The notes under the pieces were generated by a model, which saw only the letters and a list, made by a program, of their open reading frames with translations, had not been told where the DNA came from and ran no database searches. The position numbers and the translations under genes are program-made. A stretch of DNA of 32,000 nucleotides from Candidatus Harpocratesius repetitus (GTDB lineage: Archaea; Asgardarchaeota; Lokiarchaeia; Sigyniarchaeales; Promethearchaeaceae): the NCBI GenBank assembly GCA_021498095.1, contig JAIZWK010000001.1, positions 4,194,758-4,226,757 on the forward strand. The letters are read 5' to 3'. Below are positions 8,773 through 18,550 of this stretch, piece after piece. Each line of letters begins with the position of its first letter. Position 1 is the stretch's first letter.

Positions 8773-10659
8773 CTATTCCAGATTTAGAAGGAATTCATGC
8801 CATTTTTTGAACTTTTCAGGGACAATTTTTAGCACACTGCGATCATATGTCATTAATCCATTATATTCGATTTCTACATCAGTGATCTGAGTATATACAA
8901 CACCTGAAAGACCTTGCTTAACAGCCGGTAGCAGAATATTATTGATTAGATTAAAATAGGCTTGTTCCAATTCATTTCGTGATTTTATTCGTTTATATCC
9001 GAATTTTTTCTTTGGATTCCATTCATGATTAATAATTGGTAAAGTATATCCTCCAATTTCAGATAAAACCACTCCACGATAATTGAAAGTTGAAGGCATT
9101 TGAAACTTATCATTGTAATTATGAACGCTGACAAAATGACCTACTTTTTTATCAAACCAACCTGAAGCGGCATCAATTAATCTTGATGGATCTCTTTTTT
9201 TCAACCATTCTGTTAATGAAACAGTATCAAATTGACCCCATGCTTCATTGAAAAGTACCCATACTGCAATTGATGGTACATTATATAAGTGATCAATCAT
9301 TTCATGAAGTTCTTGTCGGAAATTTTTGCGGTGTTCGGGTTTTCCGTAACCTGAAAACCAATAATTTCGATCATCTTTAGGATTTAAATGAAGTATATGA
9401 AGAAGAAATTGACGGGTAATAACACCTTTGCCTCCCCCGTTAGGCATATCTTGCCACACAATTAGCCCCATTTGATCACAATAATAATACCAAAGTGAGG
9501 GTTCAATTTTGATGTGTTTACGCACCATGTTATAACCACACTTTTTAATTATTTCAAGATCATAACGTAATGCATCTTCTGTTGGTGCAGTATAGAGTCC
9601 ATCCGGCCAATAACCTTGATCAAGAACACCCATCATAAAATACGGTTTATGATTAAGGTGAAATCGCATACGCCCTTGTGAATCTGATTCCAATGAAAAA
9701 CTACGCATTGCAAAATAAGATTCTATACAATCAAAAACGGTGTTTTGCTGTAGAAGTTTAATTTTTAAACCATAAAGTATAGGATTTTCAGGTGTCCACC
9801 TTTTTAATGGCGGTAATTTAAGAATTATTGCTTTTTGGAATGGTTGGCGAATAGATAAAATTGATTTTTCTTTATCAAATACAGTAATTTCTAATTCAAA
9901 GGAAGATTTCAACTTATCATTAGAAATGTATTCATCGCCAGGATCTTTTGGATGAAAAGAGGCAGTAAATAAAAGAAGAAGTTGATCTGTATCAATATCA
10001 GGAGTAATTTCAATTTTCTCAATTGCATAGTATGGAACTGGTTCTAACCAAACAGTTTGCCATATTCCTGAAATGGAAGTATAAAACACAATAGCAGGTT
10101 TTAACCACTGTTTTCCGCTGGGTTGATGACCCTTTTCTGTTGGATCGAATACTTTTATAATTATAGTATTTTCACTTTCCATGTTTTTAGAAAGATAGAG
10201 AGTAATATCAAAACTAAATGGGGTATATCCACCACGATGCACACCAACTAAATGATCATTTATATAAACTGTTGTTTCCCAATCAACAGCTTCAAAGTGT
10301 AGTATTATCCGTTTATCATGCCATTTTGATGGAAGTGTGAACTTTCTTCTATACCAAAGTAGATTTTTCGGCTCTAATTTCCGTTTAACTCCAGAAAGTG
10401 CAGATTCTACAGGATAAGGAACTAAAATGTATCCTTCAGATGTAGGCATGGTTTCTGTATTAAAATTCGAGATAGAATACTCCCATAAACCATTAAGATT
10501 AAGCCAATCTTGCCTTTTAAACTGAGGTCGTGGATATGATGGCCACGGCATAGAAGGATCTACAGATTTACTCCACTTTGTTAAAAGAGAAGAAGGTTGA
10601 ATTTCCCAGCGATTTGATTCCCCCATATACATAAATAACCGCACTATTCTTTTAAACAT
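8773..10659 (-). CDS. Glycoside hydrolase family 2 (cytoplasmic, no signal peptide)
   Basis: YPRPQFKRQDWLNLNGLWEY, ILHFEAVDW, SGIWQTVWLE, GVLDQGYWPDGLYTAP, NMVRKHIKIE, WVLFNEAWGQ (acid/base NE), LSEIGG (nucleophile), YTQITDVEIE. The start may be at 10632 or 10626. Confidence 0.88.
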   Translation of the reverse strand: MFKRIVRLFMYMGESNRWEIQPSSLLTKWSKSVDPSMPWPSYPRPQFKRQDWLNLNGLWEYSISNFNTETMPTSEGYILVPYPVESALSGVKRKLEPKNLLWYRRKFTLPSKWHDKRIILHFEAVDWETTVYINDHLVGVHRGGYTPFSFDITLYLSKNMESENTIIIKVFDPTEKGHQPSGKQWLKPAIVFYTSISGIWQTVWLEPVPYYAIEKIEITPDIDTDQLLLLFTASFHPKDPGDEYISNDKLKSSFELEITVFDKEKSILSIRQPFQKAIILKLPPLKRWTPENPILYGLKIKLLQQNTVFDCIESYFAMRSFSLESDSQGRMRFHLNHKPYFMMGVLDQGYWPDGLYTAPTEDALRYDLEIIKKCGYNMVRKHIKIEPSLWYYYCDQMGLIVWQDMPNGGGKGVITRQFLLHILHLNPKDDRNYWFSGYGKPEHRKNFRQELHEMIDHLYNVPSIAVWVLFNEAWGQFDTVSLTEWLKKRDPSRLIDAASGWFDKKVGHFVSVHNYNDKFQMPSTFNYRGVVLSEIGGYTLPIINHEWNPKKKFGYKRIKSRNELEQAYFNLINNILLPAVKQGLSGVVYTQITDVEIEYNGLMTYDRSVLKIVPEKFKKWHEFLLNLE

Positions 10660-11429
10660 GCACTTAAAGAATAATAGGGAATGATCAAACTTCCATCTCC
10701 ACCATTTTTTTTCAACTGTCGAAGAAATTGCCTCTTCAAAATTCTAAATGTGAAGCGTAACCATCGATTATGGATGAAAGGAAGCCAATCTGAATAATGA
10801 TTTTGTAAAGCTTGCTTAATTTCTTGATATTCAAGAATTGTATCTCCCTCTTCAAATTGCTGAACTTTAAATCCATAATTCTCCAATAACATGCTTAGAA
10901 CCTTAGGATCAATCTCGTGATAAGGAGATCCCCCGGCGGTAATAACGAGAGACTTAACTAACCGCCAATATCTACGCCAATGAATGTATTTTAGATCTGA
11001 TTGAGATGTAATAGGAAATTCTTCTTCAATAAACAGTAATCCTCCCGGTTTCATTACTTCAATCCAACGGGAAAAACAAAGTGGAATTTTTCCGGTAATC
11101 GTATTTATGGCACAAATTGTGTAATCCACAACAATTATATCAACTGAATTGGCGAGAATCGATTTTAATTCACATGCATCTGTTTGAATAAATGAAACTT
11201 TCCATTCTTGTTTTACAAACTCAACACTTTGTGTAACGATTGCAGAAAGGTCACGATTAACAATATCTGTGGTAATTAATCTGGAAGTCGGAAAATCTTT
11301 AATATATTTCAAAATATCACGTGTAGTTCCCCCATTTCCTGTTCCGATTTCCAAAATAGTCTTGTTTGATAAATCAACATTATTCAACGGTAACATTTCC
11401 CATTCCTTCCACTGAATAAAGCAAATCAA
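10644..11429 (-). CDS. Class I SAM-dependent methyltransferase
   Basis: ILEIGTGNGGT SAM-binding loop, ITTDI, FIQTDA, VDIIV, MKPGGLLFIEE. The likely start is ATG 11396 (MLPLNN). Confidence 0.82.
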   Translation of the reverse strand: MICFIQWKEWEMLPLNNVDLSNKTILEIGTGNGGTTRDILKYIKDFPTSRLITTDIVNRDLSAIVTQSVEFVKQEWKVSFIQTDACELKSILANSVDIIVVDYTICAINTITGKIPLCFSRWIEVMKPGGLLFIEEEFPITSQSDLKYIHWRRYWRLVKSLVITAGGSPYHEIDPKVLSMLLENYGFKVQQFEEGDTILEYQEIKQALQNHYSDWLPFIHNRWLRFTFRILKRQFLRQLKKNGGDGSLIIPYYSLSACLKE

Positions 11430-11455
11430 AGCTTAAAAAGTGAACGGGATAAAAA

Positions 11456-12283
11456 ATGATTATAATGGTAATAATTACACAAAAAGGAGAAGTAACTGTT
11501 TTTAAAATGGGGCCTCAAGCCTTTGGAAAAATTCTTTACCCAGTTCATGCCTTTTTCATAGATGGACTCTTGATTGATACAGGTTCTCGAACTGCACATC
11601 GACATATCAAAAATATTTGGAAAAATTATTCTATTCATGCCATTATCAACACCCACTGGCATGAAGATCATATTGGAAACAACAATTATCTCCAAAACAC
11701 TCGAAATCTTCCAATATACGCACATGAAGCAGATATTCCAATGATTACAAATGCCAAAGATCAAAAATACTGGTTATACGAACGACTTTCATGGGGAATT
11801 CCAAAAGGATCGAGAGTGCTACCACTTAGTTCAAAATTCCAAACAGATAATTATACATTCGAAATTATCCATACACCAGGTCATACTCCCGGTCATATAT
11901 GTCTGTATGAACCAGAAAATAAGATTCTTTTTTCGGGAGATCTCTTTTTCGGAACCCGAATTACCTATTTACGAAATTTTGAAACTTTTGGAGAACAGTT
12001 GGATGCGCTTAAAAAAATTCTTAATTATGATTTTACAACCTTATTCTGTTCTTTTAGGGGTATTATTGACGATCCTAAACCAAAAATTCGAAAAAAGATT
12101 GCATTTATGGAGAATTTAAGACAAAAAGTTTTAGTATTGGCAGAACAAGGTTTTTCTGAAAAAAAAATTCAAAAAGAAATATTGGGAAGAGAAAATTATA
12201 TGTATTACATGTCATCAGGTGATTTTTCAAAAAGACATGTCATTTCACGAATTTTACATGAAAATTCTTTGAATAAACATTAA
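11456..12283 (+). CDS. MBL-fold metallo-hydrolase
   Basis: LLIDTG, NTHWHEDHIG (HxHxDH), HTPGHTPGH, LFSGDL. Confidence 0.88.
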   Translation: MIIMVIITQKGEVTVFKMGPQAFGKILYPVHAFFIDGLLIDTGSRTAHRHIKNIWKNYSIHAIINTHWHEDHIGNNNYLQNTRNLPIYAHEADIPMITNAKDQKYWLYERLSWGIPKGSRVLPLSSKFQTDNYTFEIIHTPGHTPGHICLYEPENKILFSGDLFFGTRITYLRNFETFGEQLDALKKILNYDFTTLFCSFRGIIDDPKPKIRKKIAFMENLRQKVLVLAEQGFSEKKIQKEILGRENYMYYMSSGDFSKRHVISRILHENSLNKH

Positions 12284-13078
12284 TTAACCAAAGATCTTCA
12301 ATATCCACCATACACCTGGAATTCCAAAAATAAATCTTATCATTTTATTAATCCATCCAGGGATAATTTTTCCTTTATTTTTTTCAACTGCCTTCAAAGT
12401 CGCAGAAACTACTTGATCAGGAGTTGTCCAAAGAAATTTAGGCTTTTTGAAAGGTCGCTTTCCAATATAATCACCAACGTGATGGAATTCGGTACGAGTA
12501 TATCCTGGATATACAACATGCATTTGAATATTAGATGCTCCCATGTTGCGAAGTTGACGACGAATTCCCAAAGTAAGTGTGGAAATATACTGTTTGCTGG
12601 CAGAATAAACGATCCCTATTTTTGGAGGACGAAAAATTTCCATAGAACTTATGTTAATAATCGCACCTTGCTCCCGTTTTAGTAAAATTTGTAGTGCTGC
12701 ATGAGTAAGAATTAGTGGAGTGGTAGTATGAATTGTATGAAGTGCTTCCATTTTTTTTTCATCAAGGTGGTTGAATTTTCCCAAAGTTCCAAATCCCGCG
12801 GCATTTATTAGTAAGGCTAATGAATTTGTTTCCATGATTTTTTGTTTAACTGCAATGATTCCATCCTTTTGAGTTAAATCAGCCATAATAACATCAACAT
12901 GAATGCCATACTGCTTTTCTAATGAAATTCGTAAATCATTCAAGATCTTTTCACGACGAGCAACTAAAATGATATTTAATCCCAAAGAAGCAAGTTTTTC
13001 AGCAAATGCGCGCCCGATTCCTGCACTTGCACCTGTAATTAATGCATAATCATTTTGACCGAGTTTATTAAGTTTCAT
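12284..13078 (-). CDS. Short-chain dehydrogenase/reductase (SDR)
   Basis: ALITGASAGIG, LVARR, INAAGFG, INISS, YSASK (YxxxK), PGYTRTEF. Confidence 0.9.
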   Translation of the reverse strand: MKLNKLGQNDYALITGASAGIGRAFAEKLASLGLNIILVARREKILNDLRISLEKQYGIHVDVIMADLTQKDGIIAVKQKIMETNSLALLINAAGFGTLGKFNHLDEKKMEALHTIHTTTPLILTHAALQILLKREQGAIINISSMEIFRPPKIGIVYSASKQYISTLTLGIRRQLRNMGASNIQMHVVYPGYTRTEFHHVGDYIGKRPFKKPKFLWTTPDQVVSATLKAVEKNKGKIIPGWINKMIRFIFGIPGVWWILKIFG

Positions 13079-13103
13079 CGATTAAAGATATCTCCCATTT
13101 CTT

Positions 13104-13728
13104 TTATTGCTTTTCTGTTACTCGAGTTAAATCTTGAACATTACTTTTGGTGAAAAATCCATCAAAATCCCCAAACCGATGAATATATTCATTTACAATT
13201 AACGTATATGGAGATTGTACTGAAAATGTTTGCTTCAGCCCTTCATCGGGAGATCCTACCAGATCAATTAAGATTTAAATTATTTACATAGATGGCAAAA
13301 TCAAAATTATAATTAGTCAAATTCATGAATTCTATAATAGCAGCATCCCGATCTCGGGCACGGACGCGAGTTGCAGTGTGATCTAATTTGTAAATATTTT
13401 TTAAATGAGTATAATCGGGTTTTTGAACATTAAAAATTTCAATTTCTTTGAATTCATTAGGATGATAATCATACTTATTCATTCCTTTATGTGGTTGAAT
13501 AAATCCATACGAAGTACCTATATATTTAGAAGGCGGAGTTTGAATAAAAGAATAATTATCTGTATCAATTATTTCGGGGGTTAAAAATTTAAATCCACGC
13601 TCTCTTTGGATTTCTACGTATTTTGATAAATTTGTTACTTCAAAAATGAAAGTTTCCAGTCGTGTATTGGGAAGATGTTGAGATTTGGGACGTAAATTAT
13701 AAGATTTTAAAAAATTGTCATAGATTGA
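13104..13728 (-). pseudogene. 5'-truncated, internally deleted and frameshifted relic of a VOC/HPPD-like protein gene
   Basis: A frame open from 13728 to 13264 has no start before the internal Met (…PKSQHLPNTRLETF…LDHTATRVRARDRDAAIIEFM…FAIYVNNLN). A second frame, 13271-13104, continues LIDLVGSPDEGLKQTFS…NEYIHRFGDFDGFFTKSNV…EKQ*. The family is recalled, not searched. Confidence 0.65.
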
Positions 13729-13765
13729 TTATGGGAAAAAAAATATAAGAAAATCGAGTTTTAAT

Positions 13766-15277
13766 ATGATTGTGAGCGATTCTTCAGAAAATTCTTCTCA
13801 TCAATCCCAAACATCTGATACACCTCGAAAAATTCTGCGTGTGGGGATTGTTGGTCTTGGAGATATCTGGCAAAGTCATGTACAAGCCTATCCAGATAAC
13901 TTAAATGCAGTTGTGGTTGGATTTTATGATCGTATAAAGGGACGAGCAGAAACTTGGAAAGATAAAATTAGTCGTTTTATGCATTTAGTTAAAAATGCCG
14001 CAAAAGAGAAACTTGATCCTGAAGATGAGATCCATCTGCAACGGTGTGCTATTTTTGAAAAAGAAGCAAAAATCTACGATTCAATGCAAGAAATGCTAGA
14101 TCAAGTAGATATTATTGATATTTGTGCACCTAATCACGTCCATACTCCTTATGCAATTTGGGCATTAAAAAAAGGAAAATCTGTAATGAGTGAAAAACCC
14201 GCTGGTCGATGTTCATATGAAACAGCTGAATTATGCAAAATTGCCGATGAATCTTCTGGATTCTTTCAATTAAATGAAAATTTTCTGTGGTACGCCGCAC
14301 TACGTAAATTAAGAGATGTTGTTAAATCAAATAAGATAGGAAATGTAAGTAAGATTACAATACGGTTGGGGCATGGACATCCATCTTGGGGGTGGCAGAA
14401 TCATTTTCTTAATCCTTCATTATCTGGAGGTGGAGTGCTGTCTGATATGGGTGTACATGCAATTGGATTAGGTTATGGTATTTTGGGTAAAGATTATGAA
14501 GTTAAATCAGTTCAAACAATTCGAATGAATGCTGGAACCACCAAAGAGCGAACACTACATCAGTATGATGGATTAAACGAATATTATATGAGTTCATTCA
14601 TGGTTGAAGATGAAGCAAAAATTAAAATTATTTTCAAACATCCTGATACAAAAAATTTACAGAAAGATTATATTGATAATCAGGTGAAAGAAGGGAATAC
14701 AAAACTAAATATCGACAATGAAGGTTTATCGCAACAAAAATCTAATAATAATGAGAAACAAAATACTGATATTACTGATAATGGTTTAGAAACAAATGAA
14801 ATTACAGTAATTATTGAAGTTTCATGGGCAAAATCGTACAGAGATATAACAATTCATGGATCAAAAGGTACTTGTGGACTAGATCGAAATGAACACAAAC
14901 AAGAAATCATTGCAATTTATTATAATACAGGTCAGCAAGAAGAAATTGCAATTCCAAACCAGGCACGTGATTCCCATCAAATTGAAATTATAGATTTCTT
15001 AAATAGAATTCAAAAAGGTCAGAAATCAATTCTCGATCATCATTGGGCACATAAGATGCAAGAAATTATCAGTTGTGCTTATTTATCCAATTTACGAGCA
15101 TTTGAGAGTAATGCAAAAAAAGGTATAGTCATTACTCCTTCAGATCTGCAAAAGTACTATAATCATTTCATTACAAGCAGTATTCCTAAAGAGATGATTG
15201 TTGAAGAAATCGTTTATGATTTTATGCGTCCATTTACAAGCTCCTATTATTCAGCTGAAAACCCTCTCCAAAAATAA
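13766..15277 (+). CDS. Gfo/Idh/MocA-family NAD(P)-dependent oxidoreductase with insertions
   Basis: RVGIVGLGDI, IIDICAPNHVH, VMSEKP, LNENF, GGGVLSDMGVH; contains an N/Q/E-rich insert. Confidence 0.85.
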   Translation: MIVSDSSENSSHQSQTSDTPRKILRVGIVGLGDIWQSHVQAYPDNLNAVVVGFYDRIKGRAETWKDKISRFMHLVKNAAKEKLDPEDEIHLQRCAIFEKEAKIYDSMQEMLDQVDIIDICAPNHVHTPYAIWALKKGKSVMSEKPAGRCSYETAELCKIADESSGFFQLNENFLWYAALRKLRDVVKSNKIGNVSKITIRLGHGHPSWGWQNHFLNPSLSGGGVLSDMGVHAIGLGYGILGKDYEVKSVQTIRMNAGTTKERTLHQYDGLNEYYMSSFMVEDEAKIKIIFKHPDTKNLQKDYIDNQVKEGNTKLNIDNEGLSQQKSNNNEKQNTDITDNGLETNEITVIIEVSWAKSYRDITIHGSKGTCGLDRNEHKQEIIAIYYNTGQQEEIAIPNQARDSHQIEIIDFLNRIQKGQKSILDHHWAHKMQEIISCAYLSNLRAFESNAKKGIVITPSDLQKYYNHFITSSIPKEMIVEEIVYDFMRPFTSSYYSAENPLQK

Positions 15278-15465
15278 CACTTTTTATTTAATTTCAAATA
15301 ATTTCACACATACTACTGGTAATTTTCTTGATTTTTTCATTTAATTCTTCTTTTACTGCAATATTTTTGAACAAATTTCCAAAATATCACTTTAGAAAAA
15401 AAATTTTTTTTTCAGTATTATATATTTTTATTCTCAAAAGCGTATTTGTTAATTTGATGATATAA

Positions 15466-18210
15466 ATGTCTTATAAAAATAAATTAATTTTTATGTGCGT
15501 TATTATCAACATTTTTTTATTAACTCTGCCGAATGGAATAATTTCATATTCTACTGCTCTTGATAAAGCAGTTAAGGAAACAAATGTTAATCTTGTCTGG
15601 TCAAATGACAACATTCAAGGAGAAGGAATAATAATTGGAATTGTTGATACAGGAATTGATTGGCAACATCCAGATTTTTATGAAACAGCTCCAAAACTAG
15701 TATTCCAAGGAGGACCTTGGCCATCAAGCAATGGAGTTTCAGATAATCTCTATATTGATCTTAATAATGATGGAATTTATACTGATGCAACCCTTGAAAC
15801 AACTGAAGGTCCTATTCGATTACTTGACAATGGAGAATTAAATCAATCCGGAGAAATTATTAGCTCTGTGGGGGATTATGATCCCGGAATTGATCTTTTT
15901 TTTATAGATCAGAATAATGACGGCATATATAATTCAGAGCCGGGATCAGAAGAACCAATATTTAAATTGTATAATGATTTTTCAGGAATTCTTGTTCAAG
16001 GGCTTGAAATTCATTTAATTGATCGAACAAGATCAAAAATAATTAAAATGTGGGACATGAGCACTCAACGTTATTATGTTAGAGGAGTTAACCTTAGTAG
16101 TTCATTAAATACAGAAAAGGATTATGATGGTCATGGTACTCATTGTGCCTCTATTGCTATCGGTGGTAAGGTGAATGTGGGAAAATTCGTCGGTGTGGCA
16201 CCAAAAGCTAATCTTAAAATAGTAAAACTTCCTGATTGGGATAATAGAACAAAAATAAGTGAAGGAATTAAATGGTTAGTAAATGATGGAATAGATATAC
16301 TAAGCTTAAGTTATGGAGATTATTGGAAAAATCTCACTTTAGATGGTGCGGGAAAATCAGAGGGGGGTTCAGAATTAGAAGATACCATCGAGTGGGTATA
16401 TCAACAAGGAGTAATTCCCATAATCTCTGCAGGAAATAATGGAGATAAAGATGCACATGCAACATTACAAGTTCCAAGTCAAAACTCTGATTCAACTGAT
16501 ATTGTAATACCTGTTCAACCAAAAATTACTTCTTTAGATTTAACTTTATTATGGAAATCACCAAATTCAGCACTAGATATCTCAATTATCGATCCAAATA
16601 ATATCGAAATTTCACCAAAAATTAATATTAATGCTACAGATGGATCATGGAATGTTGTTAGCGATTCTTTTCCAATTTTTGGAAATTTTTATCATGTTCA
16701 ATGGTTTTCTGCGTTGCATGCAAATTCAAGAGGAACGAATAAAACATACATCAGAATTGTATGTAATCCTTTTCCTGATAACATCAGTACACCATCAAAT
16801 GATCATAATATCCATCAATTTGCCTTAAATAACACCGTTGTTGGTAATTGGAAAATTAAGATAACGAATCCATCAATAAGTAGTAAAATTCAAGATGTAC
16901 AAGCATATTTAGTTTCAAATGAAGAATATATTTCATACGTTGGACATCCTGGCGCTTATTTCTTAACACCGAATAGAAACATGACAATTTCCAGTCCTGC
17001 TACAGCAGATCATGCAATTGTTGTTGGAAGTTATATAACAAGCCATTCATCTTCATCAAAAATAGGAAAAATATCCGATTTTTCATCTTGGGGACCTCGT
17101 ATTGATTATGTTTTACCAAAAATGATAACAGCACCTGGAGAAGCAATTATGGCGGCAGCATCTAAACATGCCAATTCAAATGGGAATAATTATACACAAA
17201 AATCAGGGACTTCAATGGCTACTCCATTTATTGCAGGATGCTGTGCACTCGCTTTAAATGCAAATTCATCATTAAAAGATAATATCGATTTAGTTTATGA
17301 GGTAATTAAAAGGAGCGCACGTATTGATGGAAATGTTTCAATTTTGGGTAATCTCAAAAATTATGCTTTTGGTTGGGGAAAAATTAATGCTTCTGCCTTA
17401 ATTGATCATTCTTATTCAATAAAAAATATTTGTCCAACCAATCCAGAATCACCAATATTATCTTCAATGAAATCAAGCATCTATTTAAATGAATGTGTGT
17501 GGATTAATTGGACAACCAATCCAAATACAGATAATTATACACTTTATCAATACAATTCGATGATTTATGAGATAAATGAATCTCTTACGTTAATTGCTGA
17601 TGAAATAAGAAATTCTTCCTTTCTATACAGTCCTTTTACGAATGGAACATTTTATTTTGTTATTCTGGCGCGAAATCAAACTGGTGTAAATATGAGTAAT
17701 GTTATACAAATCATAATTGAACCAATTCCACAAGAAAATCCAGATCTTGTCAATCCAATATGGCTTGAAACCCCCACTAACCAAATTATCACTTATGGAG
17801 AAAAATTCTACCTTGATGTTAATGCTTCCGATAATATTGCAATTGATAAGTATTGGATTAACGATACAATTAACTTTCAAATTGATAACGTTGGAATAAT
17901 TACTAACATTTCAACACTTATAATAGGTTGTTATTATTTGGGCATCCATGTCAATGATACAAGTGGAAATGAAATTATTGCAACTATTAGAATCAAAGTA
18001 ATTGATAATTCAACTAATAATACAAGTACTGAAACAACTACAGATACGAATACAAATACAGATTCAGATGATCATTCAAGTATTGATAACGACTCAACAA
18101 CAGATGATAAGCAAAACTATGGAATTATTGGATATCAAACTGAAGTAATCTTTGCAATAATCATTGCTTTCTCAAGTTCTCTGGTTATTCTAAAAAAGAA
18201 GCAAATATAA
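15466..18210 (+). CDS. Secreted, C-terminally anchored S8 subtilase (CspA-like architecture)
   Basis: Signal peptide; catalytic IVDTGID (Asp61), DGHGTHCAS (His223), ISAGN (oxyanion Asn), GTSMATP (Ser583); FSSWGP and ITAPG; beta-rich C-terminal domains, a T/D-rich stalk, then IIGY-TM-KKK. Confidence 0.9.
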   Translation: MSYKNKLIFMCVIINIFLLTLPNGIISYSTALDKAVKETNVNLVWSNDNIQGEGIIIGIVDTGIDWQHPDFYETAPKLVFQGGPWPSSNGVSDNLYIDLNNDGIYTDATLETTEGPIRLLDNGELNQSGEIISSVGDYDPGIDLFFIDQNNDGIYNSEPGSEEPIFKLYNDFSGILVQGLEIHLIDRTRSKIIKMWDMSTQRYYVRGVNLSSSLNTEKDYDGHGTHCASIAIGGKVNVGKFVGVAPKANLKIVKLPDWDNRTKISEGIKWLVNDGIDILSLSYGDYWKNLTLDGAGKSEGGSELEDTIEWVYQQGVIPIISAGNNGDKDAHATLQVPSQNSDSTDIVIPVQPKITSLDLTLLWKSPNSALDISIIDPNNIEISPKININATDGSWNVVSDSFPIFGNFYHVQWFSALHANSRGTNKTYIRIVCNPFPDNISTPSNDHNIHQFALNNTVVGNWKIKITNPSISSKIQDVQAYLVSNEEYISYVGHPGAYFLTPNRNMTISSPATADHAIVVGSYITSHSSSSKIGKISDFSSWGPRIDYVLPKMITAPGEAIMAAASKHANSNGNNYTQKSGTSMATPFIAGCCALALNANSSLKDNIDLVYEVIKRSARIDGNVSILGNLKNYAFGWGKINASALIDHSYSIKNICPTNPESPILSSMKSSIYLNECVWINWTTNPNTDNYTLYQYNSMIYEINESLTLIADEIRNSSFLYSPFTNGTFYFVILARNQTGVNMSNVIQIIIEPIPQENPDLVNPIWLETPTNQIITYGEKFYLDVNASDNIAIDKYWINDTINFQIDNVGIITNISTLIIGCYYLGIHVNDTSGNEIIATIRIKVIDNSTNNTSTETTTDTNTNTDSDDHSSIDNDSTTDDKQNYGIIGYQTEVIFAIIIAFSSSLVILKKKQI

Positions 18211-18295
18211 TGATGCTTTCATTAAAATTTTTTTTATTATAATTATTTTTTTCGATATTCTTATGAGGGAAGAATTTTCAAAGTGAGAGAAAGAG

Positions 18296-18327
18296 GAGGA
18301 AGAGGAAAATCAACAAACCTCTTCCTC
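18296..18327. terminator. 10-bp perfect inverted repeat GAGGAAGAGG-N12-CCTCTTCCTC, candidate terminator hairpin between convergent genes
   Basis: Seen directly. It lies between the protease stop (18210) and the small minus-strand ORF stop (18380), with a pyrimidine-rich tail on the minus strand. Confidence 0.5.
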
Positions 18328-18379
18328 TGGGTTGGGCATTTATGTGATTGGTTATGAAGGATAGGGGGGATAATCTGAA

Positions 18380-18550
18380 TTATAATAAATTGAAATTTTC
18401 TTTGCGCATAACTCGCAACATTGCATTTCCATCTTGATGAACAACTTCAATATCCTGAATAAAATCATGTGCTTTTAGAATTTCAAAATATGAGTAAAAT
18501 GTTCCAAGTGAGGGAAGGAATTTCGCAAAATCAATTTCAATGTTGGGCAT
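18380..18550 (-). CDS. Small hypothetical protein, 56 aa (MPNIEIDFAKFLPSLGTFYSYFEILKAHDFIQDIEVVHQDGNAMLRVMRKENFNLL)
   Basis: Manual translation from ATG to TAA. It is below the ORF-track length cut-off, has a globular-protein-like composition, sits in a 600-bp gap, and is followed by a hairpin. Confidence 0.5.
   Translation of the reverse strand: MPNIEIDFAKFLPSLGTFYSYFEILKAHDFIQDIEVVHQDGNAMLRVMRKENFNLL

Noticed and set aside
11426-12682. ORFs 11426..11764, 11751..12119, 12413..12682
   Set aside because: Antisense or alternative-frame overlaps of the MBL and SDR genes.
13264-13266. TGA as a selenocysteine or readthrough codon in the relic gene
   Set aside because: In-frame readthrough gives six codons (SGRISR) and another stop; the protein-like continuation is in a different frame.
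15396-15412. A-tract/T-tract junctions in several spacers (also 2462-2473, 23493-23506, 31983-31994)
   Set aside because: Expected in very AT-rich intergenic DNA; enrichment cannot be shown without genome-wide counts.
16334-17899. Short ORFs within the subtilase gene (16334..16522, 16631..16828, 17623..17880, 17717..17899)
   Set aside because: Shadow ORFs with no independent support.
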